Part shown: piece by piece, positions 1 to 10,654 of the stretch | Layout: each line of letters opens with the position of its first letter | Position numbering within the stretch: the stretch's first letter is position 1 | From: an uncultured delta proteobacterium | GTDB taxonomy: Bacteria; Desulfobacterota; Desulfobacteria; Desulfobacterales; JAHEIW01 | Direction: 5' to 3' | NCBI GenBank assembly: GCA_963706575.1 | Contig: CAVPNL010000005.1 | Span: 160,001 to 224,000 of the forward strand | DNA: 64,000 nt | Notes under the pieces: generated by a model | Told to the model about the DNA's origin: nothing | Database searches by the model: none | The model's input: the letters and a program-made list of their open reading frames with translations, nothing else | Program-made: the position numbers and the translations under genes

Positions 1-90
1 TTGATCTAGTCTTTCAAATGCAGGATCATCTTTGGACTAAACTCAACTGATGAGCGCAAAATCGATCGGTCCATTCTGAAAGGCCAAAAA

Positions 91-1783
91 GTGTTATTGA
101 GTTTCTCAAAACTAAAAATTTGGGGTATTGTTTTTCCAATTTTCTTTGTCATCATTTTTAAGGCTTTGCCGTCACAGTCGATGGCATCGCCGATTCAGGA
201 GCTCCTTAGAAACCGAATTGAATCCGGAGGGATCCCGATCAAGCTATCTGTCGGTAAAGAGACCATTTATGCGGCAGTCGTATTGCCGGTCTTTTATGAA
301 CGCCGAACCTTTCGCCCGGCCTGGGTCAATGAAAAAGGGCCTTTGCCTCAGGCCAAATCCTTGCTCCAGGCCATCCTAACGGCTGACAGGGAGGGATTGC
401 GGCCCGATGACTATCACCGGAATAAAATCGAGCACCTCTTGTCAGAGATCCGGCAGACGCGTAGGATTTTTAGACCGCCGAACCCCCGGTTGCTGGTCGA
501 CCTTGATCTGTTGTTAACCGATGCCTTTTTAATTTATGGTTCCCATCTCATTGCCGGCAGGATCAATCCGGAAAGGATTGATCCCCAGTGGTTTGTCAGT
601 CGGCGTGAAGCTGATCTGGTAAAGGTGATTGAAAAAGCCCTTTCGTCCGCCGAATTCGAAAAAGCTTTACAATCGCTGCTTCCGCTGCACGCCGGCTATG
701 AAAGGCTGCGTAAAACATTGGCCCTTTATCGCAAAATTGCCGCAAACGGAGGTTGGCCTTCTGTTGCGGCAGATCTCCGGGTGAAGAAAGGAGATCTGGG
801 CGATCAAGTTTCTATTTTAAGACAGCGCCTGGCATCCGAAGGATTTATTGAAAAACCAACTTCGGCCCCCAGTCCGTTATTTGATGATGAGCTGGAACAG
901 GCGCTCAAAAAATTTCAGATCCAAAATGGGCTTGAACCGGATGGTGTTTTAGGCAGGCAGACAATAAAAGCGTTGAACATCACCGCTGAAGAACGGATCA
1001 GACAAATCATCGTCAATTTGGAGCGCTGGCGCTGGCTGCCGCAAGATCTTGGCAGCCGCTATATCCTGGTGAACATCGCCGGTTTTTATCTAGATGTCAT
1101 TGAAAACCAAAAGCCGGTTATGGATATGCGAGTCGTTGCCGGCAAAACCTATCGACGCACACCGGTATTTTCGGATAAAATAACTTATTTGGTCATGAAC
1201 CCCTATTGGGCGGTTCCCAAAACCATTGCTGAAGAAGATATTTTGCCGGTGGCCAAAAAAGACCCCGCCTTTCTGGAAAAGCAAAAAATCAGGATTTTCC
1301 AGGGCTGGGGAACAGATACCAAAGAAATCGATCCCGGCACGGTTGACTGGCAGGCTGTGACAGCAGCCAATCTAGACCTTCGCTTTCGGCAGGAACCCGG
1401 CCCCCAGAATGCGCTCGGTCGCGTTAAATTCATGTTTCCCAATCAGTTTGACGTTTATTTGCACGATACTCCCTCACGAGAGGCTATTTGCCAAGGCCCG
1501 CAGGGATTTTAGTTCCGGCTGTATTCGAATCGAGAAATCAACTGAACTGGCCGAATATCTTTTAAGAAACCATCCGGATTGGCCGGTGGAAAAAATTCGA
1601 CTTGCGCTCACGGGTGATGAAAGCGTTGAAAAAACCATAAAACTGCCTGAACCGGTCAATATCCATATCCTGTACTGGACGGTGTGGGTTGGCAAGGATG
1701 ATTTGATTCACTTTAGTCCGGATATCTATGATCGCGATAAAGCGTTAGATGAAGCCATGCAGGAGCCGCCGCCGGGCGCCTAG
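91..1783 (+). CDS. L,D-transpeptidase, YcbB/LdtD-like (scaffold + PG-binding + YkuD domains); one frameshift near 1482
   Basis: N-terminal signal peptide; PG-binding FQIQNGLEPDGVLG; NLERWRWLP; RQEPGPQNALGRVKFMFPN..YLHDTP. The catalytic SSGCIR is in the next frame (ORF 1409..1783); removing one G at about 1482 joins the frames. Confidence 0.9.
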
Positions 1784-1829
1784 CTTGCCAATCGATTTGA
1801 TTCGAAAAATAAAAGAGGCAACCACAGCG

Positions 1830-2799
1830 ATGCGAAATTTCATTGGTTTTTTCTGGTTAAATCTTATGGTCGTTCTTTTTTGGGTTCATCCGTCTGTGGC
1901 GGATTGCCAACAATTTTCGTCTCAAAGAGCCGGCTTTTCCATAAACGTCAACCATATCGAAAACCCCTATGAGATTATGACCGTTTTTGCGTTACCCAAT
2001 GAAAGCCTCAAAATTGAGGTCAAAAAAAAGAACGCAGCAGATGAATATCGGCTTTATTCTCCAGAGGGTAAAATTATTCCAGCGGCAAGCCGTCACTGGG
2101 ATTGGCGCGTTCCAGCCAAACCGGGCCGCTACCTACTGAAAATTGCAAATGTTGATCATCAGCGTACCATGTCATTGAATGTTTTTGTCATGGTGCCATT
2201 TGACCGCATAAAAGGAGAATATTTAAACGGATTTCAGGTCGGCAAATACCCGCAAATTGCCTTTAAGAGGCTTGCCATCTATAAACCCCCACGGGGCTTT
2301 GTTGAAGTGACCCCGCAAAATGAAGACACATTCATTTCCCCGCATTTCAAATTAAAACAATTTCTGTGTAAGCAGAGTGGCGGATACCCCAAATATCTGG
2401 TTCTGAAAGAAAAGCTGTTGCTCAAACTGGAACTGATTCTATCAAAAGGTCAATGAAAAGGGCTATCGCTGTGATACCTTTCACGTTATGAGCGGCTATC
2501 GGACGCCTTATTACAACAACGCCATCGGCAACGTAAAATACAGCCGGCACATCTACGGTGGGGCTGTGGACATTTTTATCGATGAAAATCCGAAAGACGA
2601 CATGATGGACGATTTAAACCAGGATGGAAAAATCGATTACAGGGATGCGGCGGTTATATACCGGATCATCGATGAACTGTATGGAAAAAAGTTTTATGAT
2701 CCGTTCCTAGGAGGGCTGGCCCGGTATAAAAAAACCAATAACCACGGTCCCTTCGTCCACGTTGATGTCAGGGGTCGGCGCGCTCGCTGGGGCTACTAA
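1830..2799 (+). CDS. Secreted peptidase M15A-family Zn metallopeptidase; frameshift near 2445
   Basis: Signal peptide from ATG 1830; ISPHFKLKQFLCK; next frame has SGYRTPYYN..SRHIYGGAVDI..FVHVDVRG (M15A Zn motifs). Confidence 0.85.
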
Positions 2800-2841
2800 A
2801 AAAAGATAGGTTGTTTTTTTAATGCGTTGCAGTGCTTTATC

Positions 2842-3843
2842 CTATCGCATTGGCAGCGGCAGAAGATGCAACAGATACCAGATCAAAGCCGCGACGACGG
2901 CGGTGCCGGGAATGGTCAGTATCCAGGCCCATACGATCCGGTAAGCCACTCCCCATCTGACGGCCGACAACTTGGTGGTCGCGCCAACCCCGATGATGGC
3001 TCCCGTAATGGTGTGGGTGGTTGAGACGGGAATGCCGCCGACCGTTGAAAGCAATATCGAGGATGCCGCCGCCGTCTCGGCACAGAATCCGTGAACCGGC
3101 TTGAGCTTGGTCACTTTCATTCCGAGGGTCTCGATGACACGCCAACCACCGGCCAGGGTACCCAGCGCGATGGCGGCATGGCAGATCAGAACCACCCAGA
3201 AAGGCACATGAAATTCGCCTTTCAAATAACCGGTGCTGTAAAGCAGCACCGTAATGATTCCCATGGTCTTCTGGGCATCGTTGGTGCCGTGACCGAGGCT
3301 GAATGCGGCTGCGGAAATCAGCTGCAGTCGTCGGAACCAGCGGTCCACCCGTTGGGGGGTGCGGCGACGGCAGATCCAGTAAACGGCAACCATAAACAGA
3401 TAGCCCAGAATGGTGCCGACCAGCGGTGCCAATACGATAAAAACAGCGATTTTCAGCAATCCGTGCCAGACCAGGGCATCGAGGCCGGCCTTTGCCATGC
3501 CTGAGCCCACCAGCCCACCGACCAGCGCATGGGAGACGCTGATCGGCAGCCCGATATACGTGCAGGTGTAAGTCCACAAAATGGCGGCGCATAAGGTGGA
3601 AAGAATCAGGACGGCATCGACCACACCGGGATCGACGATCCCTTTGCCGATGGTGGTGGCAACATGGACGCCGAAGAAAAAGGCAGCGACCAGATTAAAA
3701 AACGCGGCCCATAAAACCGCCAGCCGCGGAGACAGCACGCGGGTGGAGACCACTGTGGCAATCGAGTTGGCGGCATCGTTCATGCCGTTGAGAAAGTCGA
3801 ATATCAGGGCGACCATAACGATGAAGATAATAAAAGCCAGCAT
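2842..3843 (-). CDS. pit: Inorganic phosphate transporter, PiT family
   Basis: NGMNDAANSIAT and HGTNDAQKTMG signatures, LPISVSHAL, PVSTTH; hydrophobic. Confidence 0.95.
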   Translation of the reverse strand: MLAFIIFIVMVALIFDFLNGMNDAANSIATVVSTRVLSPRLAVLWAAFFNLVAAFFFGVHVATTIGKGIVDPGVVDAVLILSTLCAAILWTYTCTYIGLPISVSHALVGGLVGSGMAKAGLDALVWHGLLKIAVFIVLAPLVGTILGYLFMVAVYWICRRRTPQRVDRWFRRLQLISAAAFSLGHGTNDAQKTMGIITVLLYSTGYLKGEFHVPFWVVLICHAAIALGTLAGGWRVIETLGMKVTKLKPVHGFCAETAAASSILLSTVGGIPVSTTHTITGAIIGVGATTKLSAVRWGVAYRIVWAWILTIPGTAVVAALIWYLLHLLPLPMR

Positions 3844-3860
3844 GGCGTCAGATTCCCCGC

Positions 3861-4491
3861 TCAAGCATTCTCCAGAACAATGCCTTCGATAATGTCGGCC
3901 ACATCCTCGCATTGGTCGGTGGCTGTCTCGATGTGTTCCAGAATATCCTTCCACTTAATCAATTCTTTGGGGTCATCTTCTTCTTGAAACAAACGGGCAA
4001 TGGCCTGTTGATACGCCCGGTCGGCTTCATTCTCCAGGTGATTCAGTTCAACGGCCAGCGCCAGGAGACGATCGGACTGTTTGCCCAGCTGTCTTAGAAG
4101 GCCGACCATCACCGCTACCTTTTCTGTGCCCTGGACCAGCAAGTCGGCCAACCGGATGGCCTCTTGCATGGCATTGCGGGGATTATATAATTCAAGCAGG
4201 GAAGAAACGGCTTCGGTCGTGTCGAGAATATCATCCAGGCCAACGATCAACCGCAGAATGTCCTGCCGATCAAACGGCGTAACAAAGGTCTTGTGCAGGG
4301 TTGCGATGCTGCGATGGGTCAGTTCATCGGCTTCAGATTTCGATGCTTTTTATGCGGCGCGCGGCTTCATCATAAGGGCTACCTTTTTCGAGCATGGTTC
4401 GGAGATCTACGGCCGCCTGCGTCATCAGGGTGCAGATCTTCTCGAAATTGTCAAAAAAGACCTCCTCCCGTGGAATGATGGAACGAAACAT
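3861..4491 (-). CDS. DUF47 / PhoU-like phosphate transport regulator; frameshift near 4339
   Basis: Reconstructed MFRSIIPREEVFFDNFE..IESEADELTH..TFVTPFDRQDI..LENEADRAY..ATDQCEDVAD; directly upstream of pit. Confidence 0.9.
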
Positions 4492-4617
4492 GGCTCACCT
4501 CTTTGCTAATCGATTCACTTTCACGACGCCAAAAAAGCCCAAAAATGGTAGAGGAATAAGTGAAGAATCTAAAATTAGATGTGTATTCGCTTGGTTGAAG
4601 TCGGAATGGTCATGGTA

Positions 4618-5085
4618 TTAACTTTGACCATCTTCTTCACGAACACTGAGCAGCGGTACCGGGCAATGACGAAACATCTTTTCAGCCTGAGAACCGAACA
4701 GTATTCCGGCGATATTGCTGCGCCCTTTGGTACCCATTACCACCATATCTACTTTTTCCGCTTTGGCTGTTTCGATCAGCTCTGCAAAAGGTACCCCCTT
4801 TTTGATCAAAAACCGATTGGGGATCCGGGTGCAGTTCGTCTCTTTCAACAGGCGCTGCATTTGCTCGGTACGATCATCTATGAGACCATTGATGTAATCT
4901 TTCAGCGATATCTTATCCGTGTGGATCGTGATTTGATTGACCATGTCAATATCCCGCTGATTGATGACGTTGACAAAAATCAGTTCCGAATCTAAGTCCT
5001 CCGCCAGACGACCTGCGTGATCCGTGATTTTAGCTGAAAATTCAGAAAAATCGACCGCGACCATGATTTTTTTAACTTTGCCCAT
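4618..5085 (-). CDS. Universal stress protein
   Basis: KIMVAVDFS..DMVVMGTKGRS..FGSQAEKMFRHCPVPLL. Confidence 0.95.
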   Translation of the reverse strand: MGKVKKIMVAVDFSEFSAKITDHAGRLAEDLDSELIFVNVINQRDIDMVNQITIHTDKISLKDYINGLIDDRTEQMQRLLKETNCTRIPNRFLIKKGVPFAELIETAKAEKVDMVVMGTKGRSNIAGILFGSQAEKMFRHCPVPLLSVREEDGQS

Positions 5086-5245
5086 TTTGCTTCCCTCCAG
5101 CTAATTTTGTAAGTATATGTTCGCTGTTCGCAAAAATGTATCCGTTCTCTCTAAAAAGCGCTTCATCTATTATTTGAATACCCCAGCCGAGATTTTTTAA
5201 TTCCTGATTGATGTGAAAATCGCCTGGTTATCTTTTGAGCTTTAT

Positions 5246-5692
5246 TTATTCAGCCCACCGTGACCGAACAATAAAAAGCGGGCGATCTACCCGGTTTAAA
5301 ATGCCGGCGGCAACACTGCCGTAAAAAATGCGGGAAAGCCCTCCATATCCATGACTCGTCATCGCGATGAGGTCTACATCTTCAGTGTTTGCGGTCTCAA
5401 TTATCTTTTCTACAACCGGTCCATGCGCAACCAGCGTTTTGCAGGCAATACCTTTATCCCGGAACTTGGATGCAATACCTTCGAGGTATAATTCGTTATC
5501 TTTCAATTTTGCGTTGAAAGCTTTCTCACTGATGATAGTAAAAGTTTCTCCAATACCATCGGCGTAAATAGGTTCGATAACCTTAATAAGGACGACAGTT
5601 GCCTGAAATCGGCTCGCCAACTCTCTCACATGGGGACGTATCATTTCCGCTCTTTTCGATCCGTCTAAAGGAACCAGGATTTTCTCGTACAT
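5246..5692 (-). CDS. Universal stress protein
   Basis: KILVPLDGS..DLIAMTSHGYGG..YGSVAAGILNRVDRPLF. Confidence 0.95.
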   Translation of the reverse strand: MYEKILVPLDGSKRAEMIRPHVRELASRFQATVVLIKVIEPIYADGIGETFTIISEKAFNAKLKDNELYLEGIASKFRDKGIACKTLVAHGPVVEKIIETANTEDVDLIAMTSHGYGGLSRIFYGSVAAGILNRVDRPLFIVRSRWAE

Positions 5693-5894
5693 GGTTAGAC
5701 TCCTTTGTTATTGTCTTCTGATCGGCGTTCATTAACCCAATAAAACACAAAACGAAAATAATCACAAATCCCGATATGTATCGTTTCAAATCAAATTATA
5801 GAAAAATGCCATCGATCAACGTGAATAGGGTCGTGGTGCGAAAAGAATGGCCGTTTACCAGATCGTTCTTCGTTCCCAAGGCAAAAATATATGA

Positions 5895-5910
5895 GCAAAG
5901 CATGTGCCAA
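5895..5910 (-). promoter_or_regulatory. sigma54 -24/-12 promoter for the usp-usp-(DUF47-pit) genes
   Basis: Minus strand TTGGCACATGCTTTGC = TGGCAC-N5-TTGC, about 200 bp upstream of the USP start at 5692. Confidence 0.75.
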
Positions 5911-6606
5911 TTTAAGGACGATCCAGGGGTGAATTTTATGATGCAGAAGAATTCAAATCGGCGGACAGCATATTTAGGATAAATATCCAAGAGTTTGCGC
6001 ATTAGATAAAATTGTTTGTTTCTGCGACGCGATAATTTTTTTTGCAGACTGCTAATGCTGGCTTAAATAGGCGCTGATAGACGTTTGAAAACGAGATAAA
6101 TTGGTTCTGCTTTCATATTTCAATCAGAACTGGGAGTTCTATATTCGCATCCAGCAGAAACTTGTCTATTGAAGAAAAATATAACTGGTGCTTTCCCAAG
6201 TGCTTGTGGAAAAACAAATTTAGCTATGTTAGTATCAACAATTCCATTGGTACAAAAACAGATTAAGATAAATTGCCTGCGGAATTAGCTGCACAGCTTG
6301 AAGCATTAGAAAAAGGGATGAATGGCTATGGAAAGCCAAATCTCGAAGACAAAACCGTAATGAGCTGAAGCCACAGGAGCCAATATTTCATTGAATTTGG
6401 ATTTATGGAAATCGCTTCCCTGTGCTGGTTAACCGCTTATTTACCCAGTCATGCCGGATGCAAATATACGGCATGAAGGACTTGCTGCTTTCCCAGGAAC
6501 AAATCAGCAATTTCGACCGTGCCATGGACGTAAAAGAAATCATGGACGCGGAAAAGAAGAAAATAAAAGACTGATTCTGAACGGCAAAAAAAAATATAAA
6601 ACCGAA

Positions 6607-6681
6607 TTTGAAAAGGTAGGCGTGGCAGGCTTCTTCGGTAGTAAAGCGCGCGTCGAAGGCAGCTTGGTTGCCGGGAAGGTC
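6607..6681 (-). mobile_element. Possible IS1595-family transposase N-terminal remnant
   Basis: DLPGNQAAFDARFTTEEACHAYLFK resembles the IS1595 transposase N-terminus; the resemblance stops immediately after. Confidence 0.4.
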
Positions 6682-6735
6682 CCCGGTAATCGTGGATAGG
6701 GCTCTATTTGCGGAGCGCTTCCGCATTTGCTGCCG

Positions 6736-7509
6736 TCAAGGCACGATATCGCCAACGCCGTCCAGTATATAGCGGGGGCGGTAGGCAAAGCGCTCAAGAT
6801 CCGCCCGGCTGGTTACACCGCTTAGGACCAGGACGGTTTCGATCTCCGATTCGATGCCCGCAATGATATCGGTGTCCATGCGGTCGCCCACAATGGCTGT
6901 CTCTTCGCGGCGGCAGCCCAGCTTTTTCAGGGCATGGCGCATCATCAAAGGGTTGGGCTTGCCGACAAAGTAGGCCTTGGAGCCGGTGGTGAGCTCGATC
7001 GGCGCGATGAGCGCTCCTGTGGCCGGCACAATCCCGTTTTCGGTCGGATCGGTCAAATCCGGGTTGGTACCGATCAGTTTTGCCCCCTTGCGGACGAGAT
7101 GGACGGCACGCTCCAGCCTCTCATAGCTGTAGTTCCGCGTCTCGCCGACCACGACATAATCGGGATTGGTGTCGTTCATGGAAAAGCCGGCGTCATACAG
7201 CGCGTTGGTGAGACCGGCTTCTCCGATCACAAAGGCGCTGCCGCCCGGACACTGCCGCGATAGAAATCCGGCGGTGGCAAGTGCGCTGGTGTAAAAGTTA
7301 ACCTCGTCTACTTGCATCCCCAGGCGGATCATTTTCTCGTGAAGTTCCCTGGGCGAACGCTCACTGCTGTTAGTCAGGAATAGAAACTCTTTGCGCTCTA
7401 TTTTTATCCAGTCCAGAAATTTTATTACCCCCGGCAGCAGCCGGTTACCGTGGTAAATTACCCCGTCCATGTCGCAGACAAAGGCTTTTTTTGCGCGTAA
7501 GGCATCCAT
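6736..7509 (-). CDS. nagD: HAD-IIA hydrolase, NagD-like nucleotidase
   Basis: DMDGVIY, LTNSS, GTNPD, VGKPN, VGDRMDTDI. Confidence 0.9.
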   Translation of the reverse strand: MDALRAKKAFVCDMDGVIYHGNRLLPGVIKFLDWIKIERKEFLFLTNSSERSPRELHEKMIRLGMQVDEVNFYTSALATAGFLSRQCPGGSAFVIGEAGLTNALYDAGFSMNDTNPDYVVVGETRNYSYERLERAVHLVRKGAKLIGTNPDLTDPTENGIVPATGALIAPIELTTGSKAYFVGKPNPLMMRHALKKLGCRREETAIVGDRMDTDIIAGIESEIETVLVLSGVTSRADLERFAYRPRYILDGVGDIVP

Positions 7510-7647
7510 GGGGAAATCCTTTCAGTTTTGTCTCAGGTATGTATTGCTGTTCGGGTCTGGTTTCAGATTACCGGTAAAGATTTTTTTGATAATGAAAAGA
7601 TTATATTGAAATTGGTTTTGTGCGTCAATCGAGCAAAGGATTTTATA

Positions 7648-8667
7648 ATGGACACAATATTTTTAATGAGTTTGCTTACCTGGATCGGGATTTTTTTCTG
7701 CATATCCCAATCCGCCATGTTTTCCGGCATGAATCTGGCTCTTTTCAGTATCAGTCGACTCAGGTTGGAAGTGGAAGCCGACCTCGGAAATAGTGATGCT
7801 TCCATAGTTCTGAATATGCGAAAAGATTCGAATTTTTTATTGACAACGGTTCTTTGGGGAAATGTTGGAGTCAACGTCCTGCTGACGCTGCTTTCCAATT
7901 CGGTACTGGCTGGAGTTTTTGCTTTTTTATTTTCCACCGTGATCATCACCATCATCGGCGAAATTATGCCACAGGCTTATTTCTCCCGTCATGCCTTGCG
8001 CGTGGCTTCAATGCTGGCACCGATATTAAAATTTTATCAGATCCTGTTATATCCGGCTGCCAAACCGACTGCCAAAATATTGGACGCCTGGCTGGGGGCT
8101 GAAGGAATCCAATATTTCCGGGAGCACAGCCTCAGGGAAGTCATCAAAAAGCACATTGAGGCCGATGTGTCCGATGTGGATCGCCTGGAAGGGATCGGAG
8201 CGCTGAACTTTTTGGCCATCGACGATCTGCTGGCCGTTGAGCAAGGCGAGCATATTGATCCGAACAGTATGATATCATTGGAATTTCAAGAAGATTTGCC
8301 TGTCTTCCCATCATTTGAAAGATCAACCTCGGACCCCTTCTTGAAACAGATAGAAGCCAGCAAGAAAAAGTGGGTTGTACTTACTGATTCGAACGGAGAA
8401 CCGCATTTTACGCTGGATTCCGATGCATTTCTGCGGGACGTGCTTTTTGAGGAAACACCGATAAACCCTATAGGATATTGCCATCGCCCGATAATTATTA
8501 AAGATCCAAGCGTGCCACTGGGCAACGTCTTATGTCAACTCAAAGAGTGCGTGCATTGCATGCGGGATGATATTATAGATCGGGATGTGATTCTCATATG
8601 GGGGCACGAGGAAAACCGCGTTATCACCGGGGCAGATATTCTGGGCAGGTTGTTAAAAGGAATATGA
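7648..8667 (+). CDS. CNNM/DUF21-domain membrane protein with degenerate CBS region
   Basis: SAMFSGMNLALFS..LLTTVLWGNVGVN..IIGEIMPQA; C-terminal VITGADILGRLL; ATG 7648 after AGGA. Confidence 0.85.
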   Translation: MDTIFLMSLLTWIGIFFCISQSAMFSGMNLALFSISRLRLEVEADLGNSDASIVLNMRKDSNFLLTTVLWGNVGVNVLLTLLSNSVLAGVFAFLFSTVIITIIGEIMPQAYFSRHALRVASMLAPILKFYQILLYPAAKPTAKILDAWLGAEGIQYFREHSLREVIKKHIEADVSDVDRLEGIGALNFLAIDDLLAVEQGEHIDPNSMISLEFQEDLPVFPSFERSTSDPFLKQIEASKKKWVVLTDSNGEPHFTLDSDAFLRDVLFEETPINPIGYCHRPIIIKDPSVPLGNVLCQLKECVHCMRDDIIDRDVILIWGHEENRVITGADILGRLLKGI

Positions 8668-8742
8668 CGAATACGCAAGAGATTGCATCCAAAGAAAGGG
8701 ATTAACTTGATAATTCCCTGCAACTCGCTGCAGGGAGGTTCA

Positions 8743-9279
8743 TTATTTTGCTGTGTTTTTCAGATAATTAGCGTCAAAAAGATAAAGGGGCCGGAAAAGA
8801 GCAGCGCCTCCCGTTTGATGATCTCTTTCACGAATGCTGAGGAGCGGCACCGGGCAGCGGCGAAACATTTTTTCAGCCGTCGAGCCGAATAAAATTCCGG
8901 CGAGATCGCTGCGTCCTTTGGCCCCCATGATCACAATATCAACTTGCTCTTCTTCGGCGGCAGTTATTAATTCTATGAAAGGGATTCCCGTCCTAATCAC
9001 TACCCTGTGGGTGATATTGGTGCAGCTTGTCTTTTCCATCAATTTTTGCATTTTTTCAGCTCTTTCGCGCTTGAGCTTGCTGATATAATCATCCACCGAC
9101 AGGTTTTCTGAATGATAAACAAACGCTTGCTTGATGGCATTGATATTCAGCTTATTGATGACGTTGACAAATACCAATTTTGCTTTTAAATCCTCTGCAA
9201 CACCTCTGGCATATTTCACAATTTGCACCGAATATACTGAAAAATCGACAGCTACCAATATCTTTTTAATTCTACTCAT
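8743..9279 (-). CDS. Universal stress protein (close paralogue of 4618..5085)
   Basis: KILVAVDFS..IMGAKGRS..FGSTAEKMFRRCPVPLL. Confidence 0.95.
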   Translation of the reverse strand: MSRIKKILVAVDFSVYSVQIVKYARGVAEDLKAKLVFVNVINKLNINAIKQAFVYHSENLSVDDYISKLKRERAEKMQKLMEKTSCTNITHRVVIRTGIPFIELITAAEEEQVDIVIMGAKGRSDLAGILFGSTAEKMFRRCPVPLLSIRERDHQTGGAALFRPLYLFDANYLKNTAK

Positions 9280-9344
9280 TTCGTCTCACCATAGTTGAAT
9301 GAAACCATTACGTGCTTCATGAGCGCCGTTATGAATGAAATGGA

Positions 9345-10589
9345 TCAGGCGCTTTTTGCGGTTGGTTGATAAGCCACGATAGGTTTTCCCTGACCCACAA
9401 CCACATCCGCAGTGATGATGCATTCGTGAACATATTTCATGGACGGCAGTTCGTACATGATATCCAGCAGGCAAGCTTCCAGAATCGTGCGCAAACCTCT
9501 GGCCCCTGACTTGCGCTGGGTGGCTCCGGTGGCAATCGTCTCGAGTGCGTCTTCCGTAAATCTTAAGTTTACTCCCTCCATTTCAAAAAGCTTCTGAAAT
9601 TGTCGGATCAAGGCGTTTCTGGGTTCTTTCAATACCCGAATCAAGGCCTCTGCGTTTAAATCGTGCAGCGGTGCGATCACCGGCAGGCGACCCAAAAACT
9701 CCGGAATAAAACCGTATTTCAACAGGTCTTCCGGCTGGACTTCCTTGAGAATGTCACCGATACTACCTGCTTTGTCGTGCGCGATTCTGGCGCCATACCC
9801 CATAACTTTTGAGCCCATGCGGCTTTGAATAATTTTCTCCAGTCCGGTAAACGTGCCGCCGCAAATAAACAGGATGTTGCGGGTGTCAATCTTTATGAAG
9901 TCCTGCTGAGGATGTTTGCGGCCGCCTCTGGGCGGCACACTGGCGACGGTGCCTTCGAGGATCTTCAAAAGCGCCTGCTGGACCCCTTCACCCGATACAT
10001 CCCTACTGTCTGAGGAAGCGCCTGTCTTCCTGGCGATCTTGTCGATTTCGTCTATGTAGACAATTCCCTGATGGGCTCTGTCGATATTGTAGTCAGCGTT
10101 TTGCAGCAAATACAGGATGATGTTTTCGACATCCTCGCCGACATAGCCGGCTTGCGTTAACGGGGTTGCATCGGCGATCGTAAAGGGCACATCTAGAAAC
10201 CGGGCCAGGGTTTGGGCCAGCAAGGTCTTGCCGCTGCCGGTCGGCCCGATTAAAAGTACATTGCTTTTTTGGATTTCGACGTCCGCGCCGTGAATACCGC
10301 TGTCAAGACGCTTGTAATGGTTAAAAACAGCTACCGATAGGATCTTTTTAGCCGTTTCCTGCTCAATCGCGTATTCATCCAGTTTTTCTTTGATTTCTTT
10401 TGGCGTCAGCCTGTGCGGTAATTTTTTTGTACCCCCTTTTTTTTCTTCTTCTAAAAGTTTATTGCACAGGCGGACGCATTCGTCACAGATATGCACCGCC
10501 GGCCCGGCAATTAATTTTTTTACTACGGATTGTTCCTTGCCGCAAAATGAGCAAAACAGGCTGTTACCGTAATTATTGTCCTCTAACAT
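9345..10589 (-). CDS. clpX: ATP-dependent Clp protease ATP-binding subunit ClpX (probable second paralogue)
   Basis: C4 Zn finger CSFCGK..ICDEC, Walker [13 protein letters not shown] pore loop, IDEIDK, RKH loop, GARGLR. Confidence 0.95.
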   Translation of the reverse strand: MLEDNNYGNSLFCSFCGKEQSVVKKLIAGPAVHICDECVRLCNKLLEEEKKGGTKKLPHRLTPKEIKEKLDEYAIEQETAKKILSVAVFNHYKRLDSGIHGADVEIQKSNVLLIGPTGSGKTLLAQTLARFLDVPFTIADATPLTQAGYVGEDVENIILYLLQNADYNIDRAHQGIVYIDEIDKIARKTGASSDSRDVSGEGVQQALLKILEGTVASVPPRGGRKHPQQDFIKIDTRNILFICGGTFTGLEKIIQSRMGSKVMGYGARIAHDKAGSIGDILKEVQPEDLLKYGFIPEFLGRLPVIAPLHDLNAEALIRVLKEPRNALIRQFQKLFEMEGVNLRFTEDALETIATGATQRKSGARGLRTILEACLLDIMYELPSMKYVHECIITADVVVGQGKPIVAYQPTAKSA

Positions 10590-10654
10590 TACATCCAGCC
10601 TTCTACTTCTCTAGTCCAATTTGTGTTTTCGCCATAAATACGTTTTATTGTTGC

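Noticed and set aside
4330..4342. TGA in the DUF47 gene as selenocysteine or readthrough
   Set aside because: The conserved sequence continues in another frame; a 1-nt insertion explains it.
6400..6575. Short plus-strand reading frame ending ..DRAMDVKEIMDAEKKKIKD*
   Set aside because: No convincing start or recognisable family; at most a gene remnant.
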